Source of the DNA: Bacteroidaceae bacterium
GTDB taxonomy: Bacteria; Bacteroidota; Bacteroidia; Bacteroidales; Bacteroidaceae
DNA: 64,000 nt
NCBI GenBank assembly: GCA_024398435.1
Contig: JAKSJD010000006.1
Span: 28,276-92,275, forward strand
Direction: 5' to 3'
Shown here one piece after another: positions 7,991 to 16,315 of the stretch (positions are counted from its first letter, which is position 1; each line of letters opens with the position of its first letter). The notes beneath the pieces are model-generated. The model saw only the letters and a list, made by a program, of their open reading frames with translations, did no database searches and was not told the origin of the DNA. The translations under genes and the position numbers were made by a program.

Positions 7991-8722
7991 TTATTCTTCG
8001 TCGGGTTCGAGATTATCGAGGTCGATAATACGGAGTTCAAATGCTCGTGTGACAAGACGAGGTACATTCACTCTATCGCGTTCGCCTGAAGGGAACAGAC
8101 GGTTAATGAGTTCGGCCTGACGCTTTTCGAGCGACTTCGTACCGAAAGGCATTGAACGAAGGTTTGCAATCATGTCCTTCGTATATCCAAGAGCCAAATG
8201 GCGGAGGAATATCTCATCATATTCGTCGATATCATACTTCACGAAAGCTTCCTGACGACGATATTCGTTCAGAACGGAAGCCTTGAAACGCTTCACGATT
8301 TTCTTCAGTATTGGTTGGTTGAACACGTATTTCTTGCCACTCATCACACTTTGAATATCTCCTGACGTAAGCAATTCCCCACTCTTAAGTATGATTCCGT
8401 CGGCACCTGCATCAAGGGCATCCACCCATAGCTTCTCGTTAAGGATTTCGCCTGTAAATATAAGTACACGAGTTGGATATTTCTTCTCTCGCAACTTACG
8501 GCAGATTTCAACTCCGACTGTCGTTGAACCTCCAAGTCCCAAATCGAGCAATACGAGATCTGGAACTTCGTCTTCGATAAGTTCCCAGAAGTCGTCTTCC
8601 GTCTGTGCCGTACCTATTATCTTTGCCTGAGGTATTTCGTTGCGGAATATCTCTTCCGTTCCCTTAAGCTCAAGCATTACATCTTCAACGATGATTACAC
8701 TGAAATTTTCTTTTGTTGCCAT
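7991..8722 (-). CDS. Response regulator (receiver domain plus divergent LuxR/NarL-like C-terminal HTH)
   Basis: Receiver motifs VIIVEDV...DLVLLDLGL...LIFTG...ILKS. I prefer the ATG at 8722 (MATKENF..., 243 aa). The ORF-track start at 8752 is a TTG that would overlap the kinase stop by 4 nt. Confidence 0.8.
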   Translation of the reverse strand: MATKENFSVIIVEDVMLELKGTEEIFRNEIPQAKIIGTAQTEDDFWELIEDEVPDLVLLDLGLGGSTTVGVEICRKLREKKYPTRVLIFTGEILNEKLWVDALDAGADGIILKSGELLTSGDIQSVMSGKKYVFNQPILKKIVKRFKASVLNEYRRQEAFVKYDIDEYDEIFLRHLALGYTKDMIANLRSMPFGTKSLEKRQAELINRLFPSGERDRVNVPRLVTRAFELRIIDLDNLEPDEE

Positions 8723-8748
8723 TTTTATACTTTGATTATTGTTAATAT

Positions 8749-11700
8749 TCAACTTTTGTTATCGCCTGCCCACAGCATGAACTCTATTGTGAAGCAATCT
8801 GCCGATAGCAAGGCATTGATTCTACATCCTCTGTGTCCTCCGTACTCGTCATGTTCTCTTACGATTTGGCGAGCCACCATAAATTGGGCTCCAACGAGTT
8901 TGTCGTTGTCCTCATCATAAACGAGATTATCTGGATAGAACAGTTGCGACAATTCTTCATTACTGCGTTTCTGGCGCAAATCCATGAGTGAGAATTTCAC
9001 GAACTCGTCTTTATATTCAGCCAAGATTCTCACTTCTCCATCGTCTTCACACTCCATAAGAGCCGCCAAAAGCGAATCAAACAGATAATGGAGCATATCG
9101 ACGTCGCCGCTAACGGCCATATTATCGTCATTGCATTCTGTAAAGCATTCAACATCCGTATCATGCTTGCGATTGAGGCGTTTCATCGTCTTTTCAGCAT
9201 ACTTCAGCAATTCTTTCACATTCACCATCTTGCGTTTGAACATCACATTCTCCAACTGACGTGCCGCACATGAACTAAGAAGTGTGAAGACGTCTTTGTA
9301 GTAGATGGTCAGTTCGTTGAGGTCGCGAATCTTATCCACATTGATGCCGTTTTCGGTTTCTACGCCATCGGTCAGGATTTGCTTGATACGATTTGGATAA
9401 TACATTGTCTCGTGCTTGATTGTGGAGAGGCAATTGTCCAAAACCATATTCTGGATGTGTATGTTGTTTTCCTCCTTTTCTGCCCTAAACTTGATATCTT
9501 CCTTGAGATGCAAGCCTGTAAGTTGACTTTCAACCTTTGTGTCGGTATAGTAAATATATGTAGCCAATTGCTGGGCTATCATCTGCAATACCTTTTCATC
9601 GTTTGCAGAAACCGTATTGTGCAAGAGCATGGCAATGGCTCCAACCGTTTCTTGCTCTGTCGTTTCACTTTCGGCATTTACATTGGAAGCTACGAGCAGA
9701 TAGGTTTTGAGTTTGCCTTCATTCAATGAAAGGTTAGAGTTTTCGCCCACTGAACGGAATACGGCATCTTCCATGAACTCCTTCAACTGGCATTTCTTGG
9801 ATGTCTTTATATTGAGCTGTCCACTGTCGTTGGTCACTCCTACTGCAATTCCGTCGACATAAACGATATTGTTCACTTCGTTATAGACGAATTCTGCCAA
9901 ATCCCTCGGATGCTGTGCGAAGAGGCTCTTGTTGAATTCCATCAACTGACGCATGCTGAATGTAGGAAGGATATTGATGCGATAATAGAGTATCAGGAAG
10001 AGGATGAGTCCGATGACTGCCAAGACAATGAATATGGCAAGAACTGTCTGTCGGGTGATGTTTGCCTTGTTTGTGGCATTGCAGAATTGTTCTACCGTGT
10101 AGTCGTGAGAGGTGAGAATATACAGACGGGTATAGAACTCGTTGTTGTATTCGTAGACACTCCAAAGTCGCAATGCGAGAGCTGCCACGGAGGCTTCGTT
10201 TCGAAGCACGAGCAAGATGTTGTAGTCGATATCGACTCCTTGCTGCCACCAATCCAATTCCGTATATACCGAACCTACAAGACTGATTAATTGGTTGCCT
10301 TCAGGATATTCGAGAAGATAGCATTCATTCATGCACATTATTGCCGAGTCGGCATAGAGAAGGGCTTGATTGTAGAGTCCATCTACATTGGCATAGTAGG
10401 TCTTGTCGGTATAGTACTCGGCCAATTGCATCCATTGCTCGTGAGCTGGGTCGATTTCCTGAGCGTTCAATCCCAATGGAAGAAGGGTCAACAGGATGAG
10501 GAGCACTTTCTTCACGCCTTTTGGCAGACGGAAATAGAATCGGCTACCCTTGCCTATTTCGCTTTCTACGTTGAATGTGCAGACAGAGAATATCGCGTTT
10601 GTCTTCTTGTATTTGTCGATGATTCCCTTGCAGTTCATGAGGCCGAATCCGAAGCCCTTGTTGTGTTTGAGGTCGTCGTCGCTGGTGGCCTGACCGATTG
10701 TGTTGGAATCATAGACTTTCTCATTCACGATGGTGTTGATGTCATCCTGTGAAAGTCCGCGACCTGTATCTGATACGGATATCTCCACGTATTCGTCGGT
10801 GGCATTGGCATCCAGACTTACCTGTCCGCCATTTGGTGTGTATTTGCGTGCATTGTCGAGCAATGTGTTCATCATGAACAATGTCAGTGCCCTATCTGCT
10901 TTGACTACGCAATCCACATCTCCTATGTTGAGTTTGATGTTCTTTCCGGAGAATGTGTTTCGGTTCTTTGACAAAGTGTCGAAGAGTGGCTTGAGCTCGA
11001 AGTTCTCGATGTTGAGTTTTACCGAACCTTGACGCACCTTTATCCAGTGGGAAAGTATCTCGTTGTAGGAATTAATCTTGTCGAACAGTTCGTTGAGATA
11101 TTCGATTCGTTCCTTCTTTATATTGAGCGGTTCGTCAACATTGTTGAGTTTGTCGAGTTCGTTCAATGCCCTATCAAGGAACGGAGTGATACTGTAAACC
11201 ATCGACAAGCTTGTACATTTGTCGATATAGCTTTGCTTATTCTCCGAAATATGCTGTTCGTGGATGTACGTCTCGCTCTCGATTCGTTTCTCTTCCTCTG
11301 ACATCGACGAATAAATGGCTTCGTTTCCCTTCATCCAATCCTTGTACATCTGGTCGGCTCGTTTGAGGTCTTCGTTGTATTTATCCTTTGAGCGTCGCTT
11401 GAGGTGCTTGATAAACAGGAAGATGGCTGCCATAACGAGGATGGCAAATACTGCAATTGCGATTATCAGGATGTTTTGAGTTTTTTCCTCGCGTTGCAGA
11501 GTTTCGAGTCGCTGTTCCATCGCCTTGTCCTGACGTGTGGCTTCGAGAATGTCGAGATAGATGTTTCGGTTGTAGTCGGATTGTGGTTTCAGATTCATAC
11601 AACTATAGATGATACTGAGTTTCTCTCTTACTGTAGAAATCCAGTTCCACGAGCAGTTGGTTCGTCCCTGCTTCATCCATCGCATCTCGGTTGATATCGT

Positions 11701-12702
11701 ATCCGGATTGATATCGAATGGCATGAGGAATTCTTCATCGTCGGGATAGAGGCGCTTATGCTGCATATTGATGAATTCCAAAGCCTTTGTGGCTGTATCG
11801 AGCGCTGTTGTATATTCTTTGTTTATGACGTAATAGTCGGAAATTGTAAGGTAAGTCAGCGCTGTACTATAGAGCGAACCATAGTCGCGATACAATTGCA
11901 GGGCTTGTTGGGCAAGGCCGAGCAGCATTCCGTTGTCGCGCAACGAATCTGCTACTTGCTCGTGGAGAAGGGCGTTGGCAGCCATTCTCTGCAACGAACT
12001 TGCCTGCAAATACTTGAGTCCTGTCTTGGTCGACATAGTGAGAGCTCGTTCGTATTCGCCGGTGAGTGTACAGAATCGGGCAAACTGAGCCGTATCTCGG
12101 TCGAACCATTGCTTATTGCGTGATACAACCTGCAACTGTTCTCTTCCTTTCGATTCCTGGAGAATGTAGTTGTAATAGATGGAAAGAGAAAGGTAGTATT
12201 CGCTCTTGGCGTAGTTGAGGAGTATTTTCTGACGTTCGGTAAGCTTGGTTGCGTCCTCATCGATTCGCTTCAATCTTGCCTCAGCATCATTCTTATAGTC
12301 ATAGAGGTCCTTGTTCTGACCATTGTTTTGACACACCTTAATCATTCCGATATCCGCAATTGCCTTGAGGAGGTAATTGCCCGTCAGGTCGTAGGCTTTA
12401 AGATAAAGTTCGCTGGATTTGTCATAATCCATGCGCATATACTGGACGAATGCCTGATGGAGCATAGCTTCTGACTTTCCGTCAGCATAGTCTTCGGAAT
12501 TGTCGTAGGCTAAGTCGGCATAATATTTAGCACTGTCGAGCGCCACATAATACATGCGATACGACTTCATATTGAGTGAATCGACCAATTGGCACATTGC
12601 ATCGCGGCTTCCGTTCCCACATGAACTGAAGCCTATAAAGATGGCTGCGACGAGCATAACTGCTATCGACCACCTGACGTATGTACACAATTTACCAATC
12701 AT
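8749..12702 (-). CDS. Two-module membrane sensor histidine kinase, 1317 aa (DUF5112-like kinase module fused to a DUF5113-like H-box module)
   Basis: Lipoprotein-like N-terminus with a TPR-like periplasmic region (aa 26-410), then a TM segment (411-432). HATPase boxes: NARKYT (nt 10837-10854), DTGRGL, GFGFGL. Second signal-like hydrophobic stretch KKVLLILLTLLPLGLNAQ (aa 731-748), second periplasmic domain, TM segment (887-908). H-box-like TIKHETMYYPNRI (nt 9385-9423) and a C-terminal ATPase-like fold without Gly boxes. Confidence 0.8.
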   Translation of the reverse strand: MIGKLCTYVRWSIAVMLVAAIFIGFSSCGNGSRDAMCQLVDSLNMKSYRMYYVALDSAKYYADLAYDNSEDYADGKSEAMLHQAFVQYMRMDYDKSSELYLKAYDLTGNYLLKAIADIGMIKVCQNNGQNKDLYDYKNDAEARLKRIDEDATKLTERQKILLNYAKSEYYLSLSIYYNYILQESKGREQLQVVSRNKQWFDRDTAQFARFCTLTGEYERALTMSTKTGLKYLQASSLQRMAANALLHEQVADSLRDNGMLLGLAQQALQLYRDYGSLYSTALTYLTISDYYVINKEYTTALDTATKALEFINMQHKRLYPDDEEFLMPFDINPDTISTEMRWMKQGRTNCSWNWISTVREKLSIIYSCMNLKPQSDYNRNIYLDILEATRQDKAMEQRLETLQREEKTQNILIIAIAVFAILVMAAIFLFIKHLKRRSKDKYNEDLKRADQMYKDWMKGNEAIYSSMSEEEKRIESETYIHEQHISENKQSYIDKCTSLSMVYSITPFLDRALNELDKLNNVDEPLNIKKERIEYLNELFDKINSYNEILSHWIKVRQGSVKLNIENFELKPLFDTLSKNRNTFSGKNIKLNIGDVDCVVKADRALTLFMMNTLLDNARKYTPNGGQVSLDANATDEYVEISVSDTGRGLSQDDINTIVNEKVYDSNTIGQATSDDDLKHNKGFGFGLMNCKGIIDKYKKTNAIFSVCTFNVESEIGKGSRFYFRLPKGVKKVLLILLTLLPLGLNAQEIDPAHEQWMQLAEYYTDKTYYANVDGLYNQALLYADSAIMCMNECYLLEYPEGNQLISLVGSVYTELDWWQQGVDIDYNILLVLRNEASVAALALRLWSVYEYNNEFYTRLYILTSHDYTVEQFCNATNKANITRQTVLAIFIVLAVIGLILFLILYYRINILPTFSMRQLMEFNKSLFAQHPRDLAEFVYNEVNNIVYVDGIAVGVTNDSGQLNIKTSKKCQLKEFMEDAVFRSVGENSNLSLNEGKLKTYLLVASNVNAESETTEQETVGAIAMLLHNTVSANDEKVLQMIAQQLATYIYYTDTKVESQLTGLHLKEDIKFRAEKEENNIHIQNMVLDNCLSTIKHETMYYPNRIKQILTDGVETENGINVDKIRDLNELTIYYKDVFTLLSSCAARQLENVMFKRKMVNVKELLKYAEKTMKRLNRKHDTDVECFTECNDDNMAVSGDVDMLHYLFDSLLAALMECEDDGEVRILAEYKDEFVKFSLMDLRQKRSNEELSQLFYPDNLVYDEDNDKLVGAQFMVARQIVREHDEYGGHRGCRINALLSADCFTIEFMLWAGDNKS

Positions 12703-12890
12703 ACTGCAAAGATAATAAATTATGTTGAAAGACGTATGAATATTTAGGAATTATTTATGGTTTCGGGCGAAATTTGCTATATAATAATATATAATAAGGT
12801 GTATGTGGGCAGTTTTTCGTTTTCACGGATTTCCGTGGTATATTATTGACATTATTCATGCAAAAGCAAGCATTCAACGTATCAAAAATA

Positions 12891-12979
12891 GGAATTCAGC
12901 GCTTCAAAAGCAAGAACTCAGTACTTCAAAAACAGTAATTCCGCACTTCAAAGACAGGAATTCTGCGCTTCAAATTCAC
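12891..12979. repeat. Tandem array, 4 units of ~22 bp (core CTTCAAA at 12902, 12924, 12946, 12968); a possible degenerate fifth unit at 12866-12890
   Basis: Units are GGAATTCAGCGCTTCAAAAGCAA, GAACTCAGTACTTCAAAAACAGT, AATTCCGCACTTCAAAGACA and GGAATTCTGCGCTTCAAATTCAC. Core spacing is 22/22/22. Confidence 0.85.
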
Positions 12980-13030
12980 TTTTTCGACACATATTGCCCC
13001 ATTTCCCTTTGTAGTTAGAAACTTTTGTCG

Positions 13031-13038
13031 TATCTTTG
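13031..13038 (+). promoter_or_regulatory. -7 box TATCTTTG, candidate promoter of the HU-like gene (implies a ~175-nt leader)
   Basis: Exact TAnnTTTG match between two repeat blocks, 183 nt upstream of the ATG at 13221. Confidence 0.45.
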
Positions 13039-13050
13039 CAGAGAAAAGTT

Positions 13051-13135
13051 ACGGCATCGTCGAGGGCGTATACGACATCGACGAGGTCGTTAACGACACC
13101 GACGATGATTTGCTAGGCATCGACGATGGCGTAAG
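13051..13135. repeat. Tandem array, 4 units of 21-22 bp, GC-rich (core TCGNCGA at 13057, 13078, 13099, 13120), with palindromes at unit junctions
   Basis: Units are ACGGCATCGTCGAGGGCGTAT, ACGACATCGACGAGGTCGTTA, ACGACACCGACGATGATTTGCT and AGGCATCGACGATGGCGTAAG. GTCGTTAACGAC (13086-13097) is a perfect 12-bp palindrome; GGCGTATACGAC (13065-13076) is a 10/12 palindrome. Confidence 0.85.
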
Positions 13136-13220
13136 AATACAACAAGAAGAACAAACCAATTCCTCGAGGACTTTCACATTTAGTAATCATACAAACCAAT
13201 AAACTCATAAATAGGACATC

Positions 13221-13844
13221 ATGAAATACGTTAAACAAGAATTCACAGACCTAAACGCCAAAGGCACCCCACAGCACTATTTCAAGCCTGTACTCGAAAC
13301 TCATGTCGACTGGAACGAATTGATTTTCCGAATGCGCTACCACAACCAGGGACTTACCGAAGGCGAAATCGTTTCAGTCATGGAACAGCTTCAGAAGACC
13401 TTGAGCGAACTCTTGGCTGAAGGACATTCAGTGGAAGTGGGCGGAATCGGCAATTTCACCCCTACCCTCGGTCTAAAAGAAGGAAAGGAAATGGATTCGC
13501 TCGATGGCGACGAAACCAAAAGAAATGCCCAAAGCATCAAAATCGACGGAATCAACATCGTTGCCGACAAAAAGCTCGTGGAAAAGGTGGAACACATGAG
13601 TCACCTAGAATATGGAGGCACAATCCGCCTTCGCCAGCAAATCTACACGAAGGAAGAACGACTCGAGAAGGCTATCGAATTCATCCAAGCCAATGGAGCA
13701 ATGCGACTTTCCGACTATTGCAACCTCGTGAATGTCTCTCACACCCAGTCGTCGAAAGAATTGCGCGAATTCGCCAACAACCCCGAAACTGGCATTATCC
13801 GTCAAGGCCGAAAAGCCCTTCTCGTCTATAAACTCCGCCAATAG
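13221..13844 (+). CDS. Bacteroidales HU-like (HU_HIG-type) DNA-binding protein with a C-terminal extension
   Basis: 207 aa. ...LSELLAEGHSVEVGGIGNFTPTLG... matches the HU-fold arm region of the Bacteroides histone-like family as I remember it. Confidence 0.65.
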   Translation: MKYVKQEFTDLNAKGTPQHYFKPVLETHVDWNELIFRMRYHNQGLTEGEIVSVMEQLQKTLSELLAEGHSVEVGGIGNFTPTLGLKEGKEMDSLDGDETKRNAQSIKIDGINIVADKKLVEKVEHMSHLEYGGTIRLRQQIYTKEERLEKAIEFIQANGAMRLSDYCNLVNVSHTQSSKELREFANNPETGIIRQGRKALLVYKLRQ

Positions 13845-13913
13845 GCAAATCGGCAAAATCGGACAAACCATAATTTTTTCTCCAATTTATTTGGTCGGTA
13901 AGAATTAAATTAC

Positions 13914-13921
13914 TACCTTTG
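13914..13921 (+). promoter_or_regulatory. -7 box TACCTTTG upstream of the 298-aa secreted protein gene
   Basis: TAnnTTTG match 27 nt upstream of the ATG at 13948. Confidence 0.45.
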
Positions 13922-13947
13922 CCACCGAACTAAAACAATAAACCGAA

Positions 13948-14844
13948 ATGAAAAGATTATTCGCACTCGCTACAATACTATGCGTGAGCATCAGCATGAT
14001 GGCTCTCTCAACATCTAAAATCCGCACCCATGCGCGCTTCATCTCCGACCGCATGGCCTACGAACTCGACCTCAACTACATGCAATACGAAGATTGCTAT
14101 GAGGTAAACTACGACTTCATCTATGCCGTCGACCGAATCATCGACGACGTTGTTTGGGGTTACGAAGATGCCATCTACGAGTATTATCGTCTGCTCGACT
14201 ACAGAAACGAGGACCTTTCATTCATCCTCTCATACAGTCAGTACCGCAAATTCATTGCTACCGACTATTTCTACCGCCCTATCTACACGAACGGACGAAG
14301 TTGGGGATTCCGTATTTACACCGCCTACAGCAACACATCTTTTTATTATTATAATAGACCATCAATATATACAACCTACAGAGGCGGACACAGCAGAATC
14401 AACAACATAGGCGGATTCTATGCAAACCGATATCCAGGACAAGACCGCTATCGCGACAACATTGCCATCCACAACTCACAGTCATTCACAGCTTTCCGCC
14501 GTGGCGACTTCGGCAACAACATCGTACAACGCAATGCCAATCCTGTGTACAACAACTACAATAACAAGAATGCAAACAACCGCACACAAGACTCTCGCTA
14601 CAGAGACGACAGCGGAAACCGCAATTCTCCTCAAATCAACAACGTGACTACAGGCAGAAGAAACAGCACAAGCTCATTCTCCAATCAGAACAGCAACTCA
14701 AACGCTGGAAGAACTTCCGCTAACTCATCGAATATTCAGAGGACAAATCCACAGGCAAACGGCAACAACTCACAATCAACAAACAATAACAATCAACCCG
14801 CAAATACAAACTCTTCAAGAACTGCAACAAGCTTCAGAAGATAA
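13948..14844 (+). CDS. Secreted low-complexity protein: Tyr-rich N-terminal half, Asn/Ser/Gln-rich C-terminal half
   Basis: Signal peptide MKRLFALATILCVSISMMA. The C-terminal ~110 aa read NANPVYNNYNNKNANNRTQ...NGNNSQSTNNNNQPANTNSS. No family recognised. Confidence 0.6.
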   Translation: MKRLFALATILCVSISMMALSTSKIRTHARFISDRMAYELDLNYMQYEDCYEVNYDFIYAVDRIIDDVVWGYEDAIYEYYRLLDYRNEDLSFILSYSQYRKFIATDYFYRPIYTNGRSWGFRIYTAYSNTSFYYYNRPSIYTTYRGGHSRINNIGGFYANRYPGQDRYRDNIAIHNSQSFTAFRRGDFGNNIVQRNANPVYNNYNNKNANNRTQDSRYRDDSGNRNSPQINNVTTGRRNSTSSFSNQNSNSNAGRTSANSSNIQRTNPQANGNNSQSTNNNNQPANTNSSRTATSFRR

Positions 14845-14904
14845 TAAAACGCATAAAACTATAATATTTTTGCAAAAATGTTTGGCTATTAAATAAAAAA
14901 GTCC

Positions 14905-14912
14905 TACATTTG
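14905..14912 (+). promoter_or_regulatory. -7 box TACATTTG upstream of galE
   Basis: TAnnTTTG match 47 nt upstream of the ATG at 14959. Confidence 0.5.
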
Positions 14913-14958
14913 CACCCACACAAAATCATTTCGACTAAAACTAATAGATAAAACAAAG

Positions 14959-15993
14959 ATGAAAGAGACAGTTCTCGTAACAGGTGGAACAGGCTTCATT
15001 GGCTCACATACAACAGTTGAATTACAACAAGCTGGCTACAATGTCGTAATCGTAGACAATCTCTCAAACTCCAACTCAGACGTACTCGACGGAATCGAAA
15101 AGATTACCGGCATACGCCCTGCTTTCGAGAAAGTTGACTGCTGCGACTATGAAGCTCTCGACAACGTCTTTACTAAATACAGCGACATCAAAGGCATCAT
15201 CCACTTCGCTGCAAGCAAGGCAGTAGGCGAATCAGTGGAAAAGCCTCTCATGTACTATCGCAACAACCTCAACTCACTCATCAATCTGCTCGAACTCATG
15301 CCAAAGCACGGAGTCAAAGGCATAATCTTCTCTTCTTCATGTACCGTATACGGACAGCCAGACAAAGAGAACTTGCCAGTAACAGAATCAGCTCCGATCA
15401 AGAAGGCAGAAAGCCCATACGGCAACACAAAGCAGATTAACGAGGAAATCATTCAAGACTACGTAAAGAGCGGTGCACCAATCAAGAGCATCGTACTCAG
15501 ATACTTCAACCCAATTGGCTCACACCCAACAAGCCACATAGGCGAACTTCCAAACGGTGTACCAGCAAACCTCATCCCTTACCTCACACAGACAGCAGCA
15601 GGTATAAGAGAATGCCTCACCGTCTTTGGCGACGACTACAACACACCTGACGGCAGTTGCATCCGCGACTACATCTATGTTGTCGACCTCGCAAAGGCAC
15701 ACGTTGCTGCAATGGCACGCATCCTCGACGATAAGGCAGAAGAACCAGTTGAATTCTTCAACATTGGTACAGGTCATGGAGTCAGCGTGCTCGAACTCAT
15801 CAACTCATTCGAACGCGCTACAGGTGTTAAGCTCAACTACAAGATAGGAGCACGCCGAGGAGGCGACATCGAAGCAATCTGGGGAAACGTAGACAAAGCA
15901 AACAAGGTGCTTGGATGGAAAGCCGACACTCCACTCGACGACATCCTCCTCTCTGCATGGAATTGGCAAAAGCATCTTGGAGAAAAGAAATAG
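14959..15993 (+). CDS. galE: UDP-glucose 4-epimerase
   Basis: 344 aa. Rossmann motif VTGGTGFIGSH, SSSCTVYG, catalytic YGNTK, then ...LRYFNPIGSHP... Confidence 0.93.
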   Translation: MKETVLVTGGTGFIGSHTTVELQQAGYNVVIVDNLSNSNSDVLDGIEKITGIRPAFEKVDCCDYEALDNVFTKYSDIKGIIHFAASKAVGESVEKPLMYYRNNLNSLINLLELMPKHGVKGIIFSSSCTVYGQPDKENLPVTESAPIKKAESPYGNTKQINEEIIQDYVKSGAPIKSIVLRYFNPIGSHPTSHIGELPNGVPANLIPYLTQTAAGIRECLTVFGDDYNTPDGSCIRDYIYVVDLAKAHVAAMARILDDKAEEPVEFFNIGTGHGVSVLELINSFERATGVKLNYKIGARRGGDIEAIWGNVDKANKVLGWKADTPLDDILLSAWNWQKHLGEKK

Positions 15994-16150
15994 GCTTAAT
16001 AAATTAATATTATATTATTACGCTACATTCAGTAAACAGTTCGCCGAATACAAGTATGAGAATATAGGTAGAAGGCACATGCAGGAGACTTCCCACATGG
16101 TGTTTACAAAAAAGTAGTTTTGTCGTGTTTTATTTTGTGTTTGTGTTGTG

Positions 16151-16187
16151 GCTGCCTTTTTACGCGAAGTAAAGAGGCAGCTTTTTT
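16151..16187 (+). terminator. Strong rho-independent terminator
   Basis: GCTGCCTTTTTA-CGCGAAG-TAAAGAGGCAGC gives a 12-bp stem including one G-U pair, followed by TTTTTT. Confidence 0.7.
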
Positions 16188-16315
16188 AGCAAAAAATCAA
16201 CACCTATTATTAAATATATAATATTTTACGAAATCCAATTAAACCTTTTTTAACTTACATAATCATATTAGCGAACAATTTCTTCCGAAAAATTAAATAA
16301 ATTTAAACATATAAA

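Noticed and set aside
12803-13018. 71-aa ORF in the track (MWAVFRFHGF...RNSALQKQELSTSKTVIPHFKDRNSALQIHFF...)
   Set aside because: Its sequence is simply the translation of the 22-bp CTTCAAA tandem array, with a repeating RNSALQ peptide. It has no promoter-to-start logic and no family resemblance. I treat it as non-coding repeat DNA.
13053-13211. Acidic-looking reading frame through the CGACG array (GIVEGVYDIDEVVNDTDDDLLGIDDGV...)
   Set aside because: The frame is open from 12939. It has no ATG, GTG or TTG start in frame before the array and it is not in the ORF track. The acidic translation is a by-product of the GAC/GAT-rich repeats.
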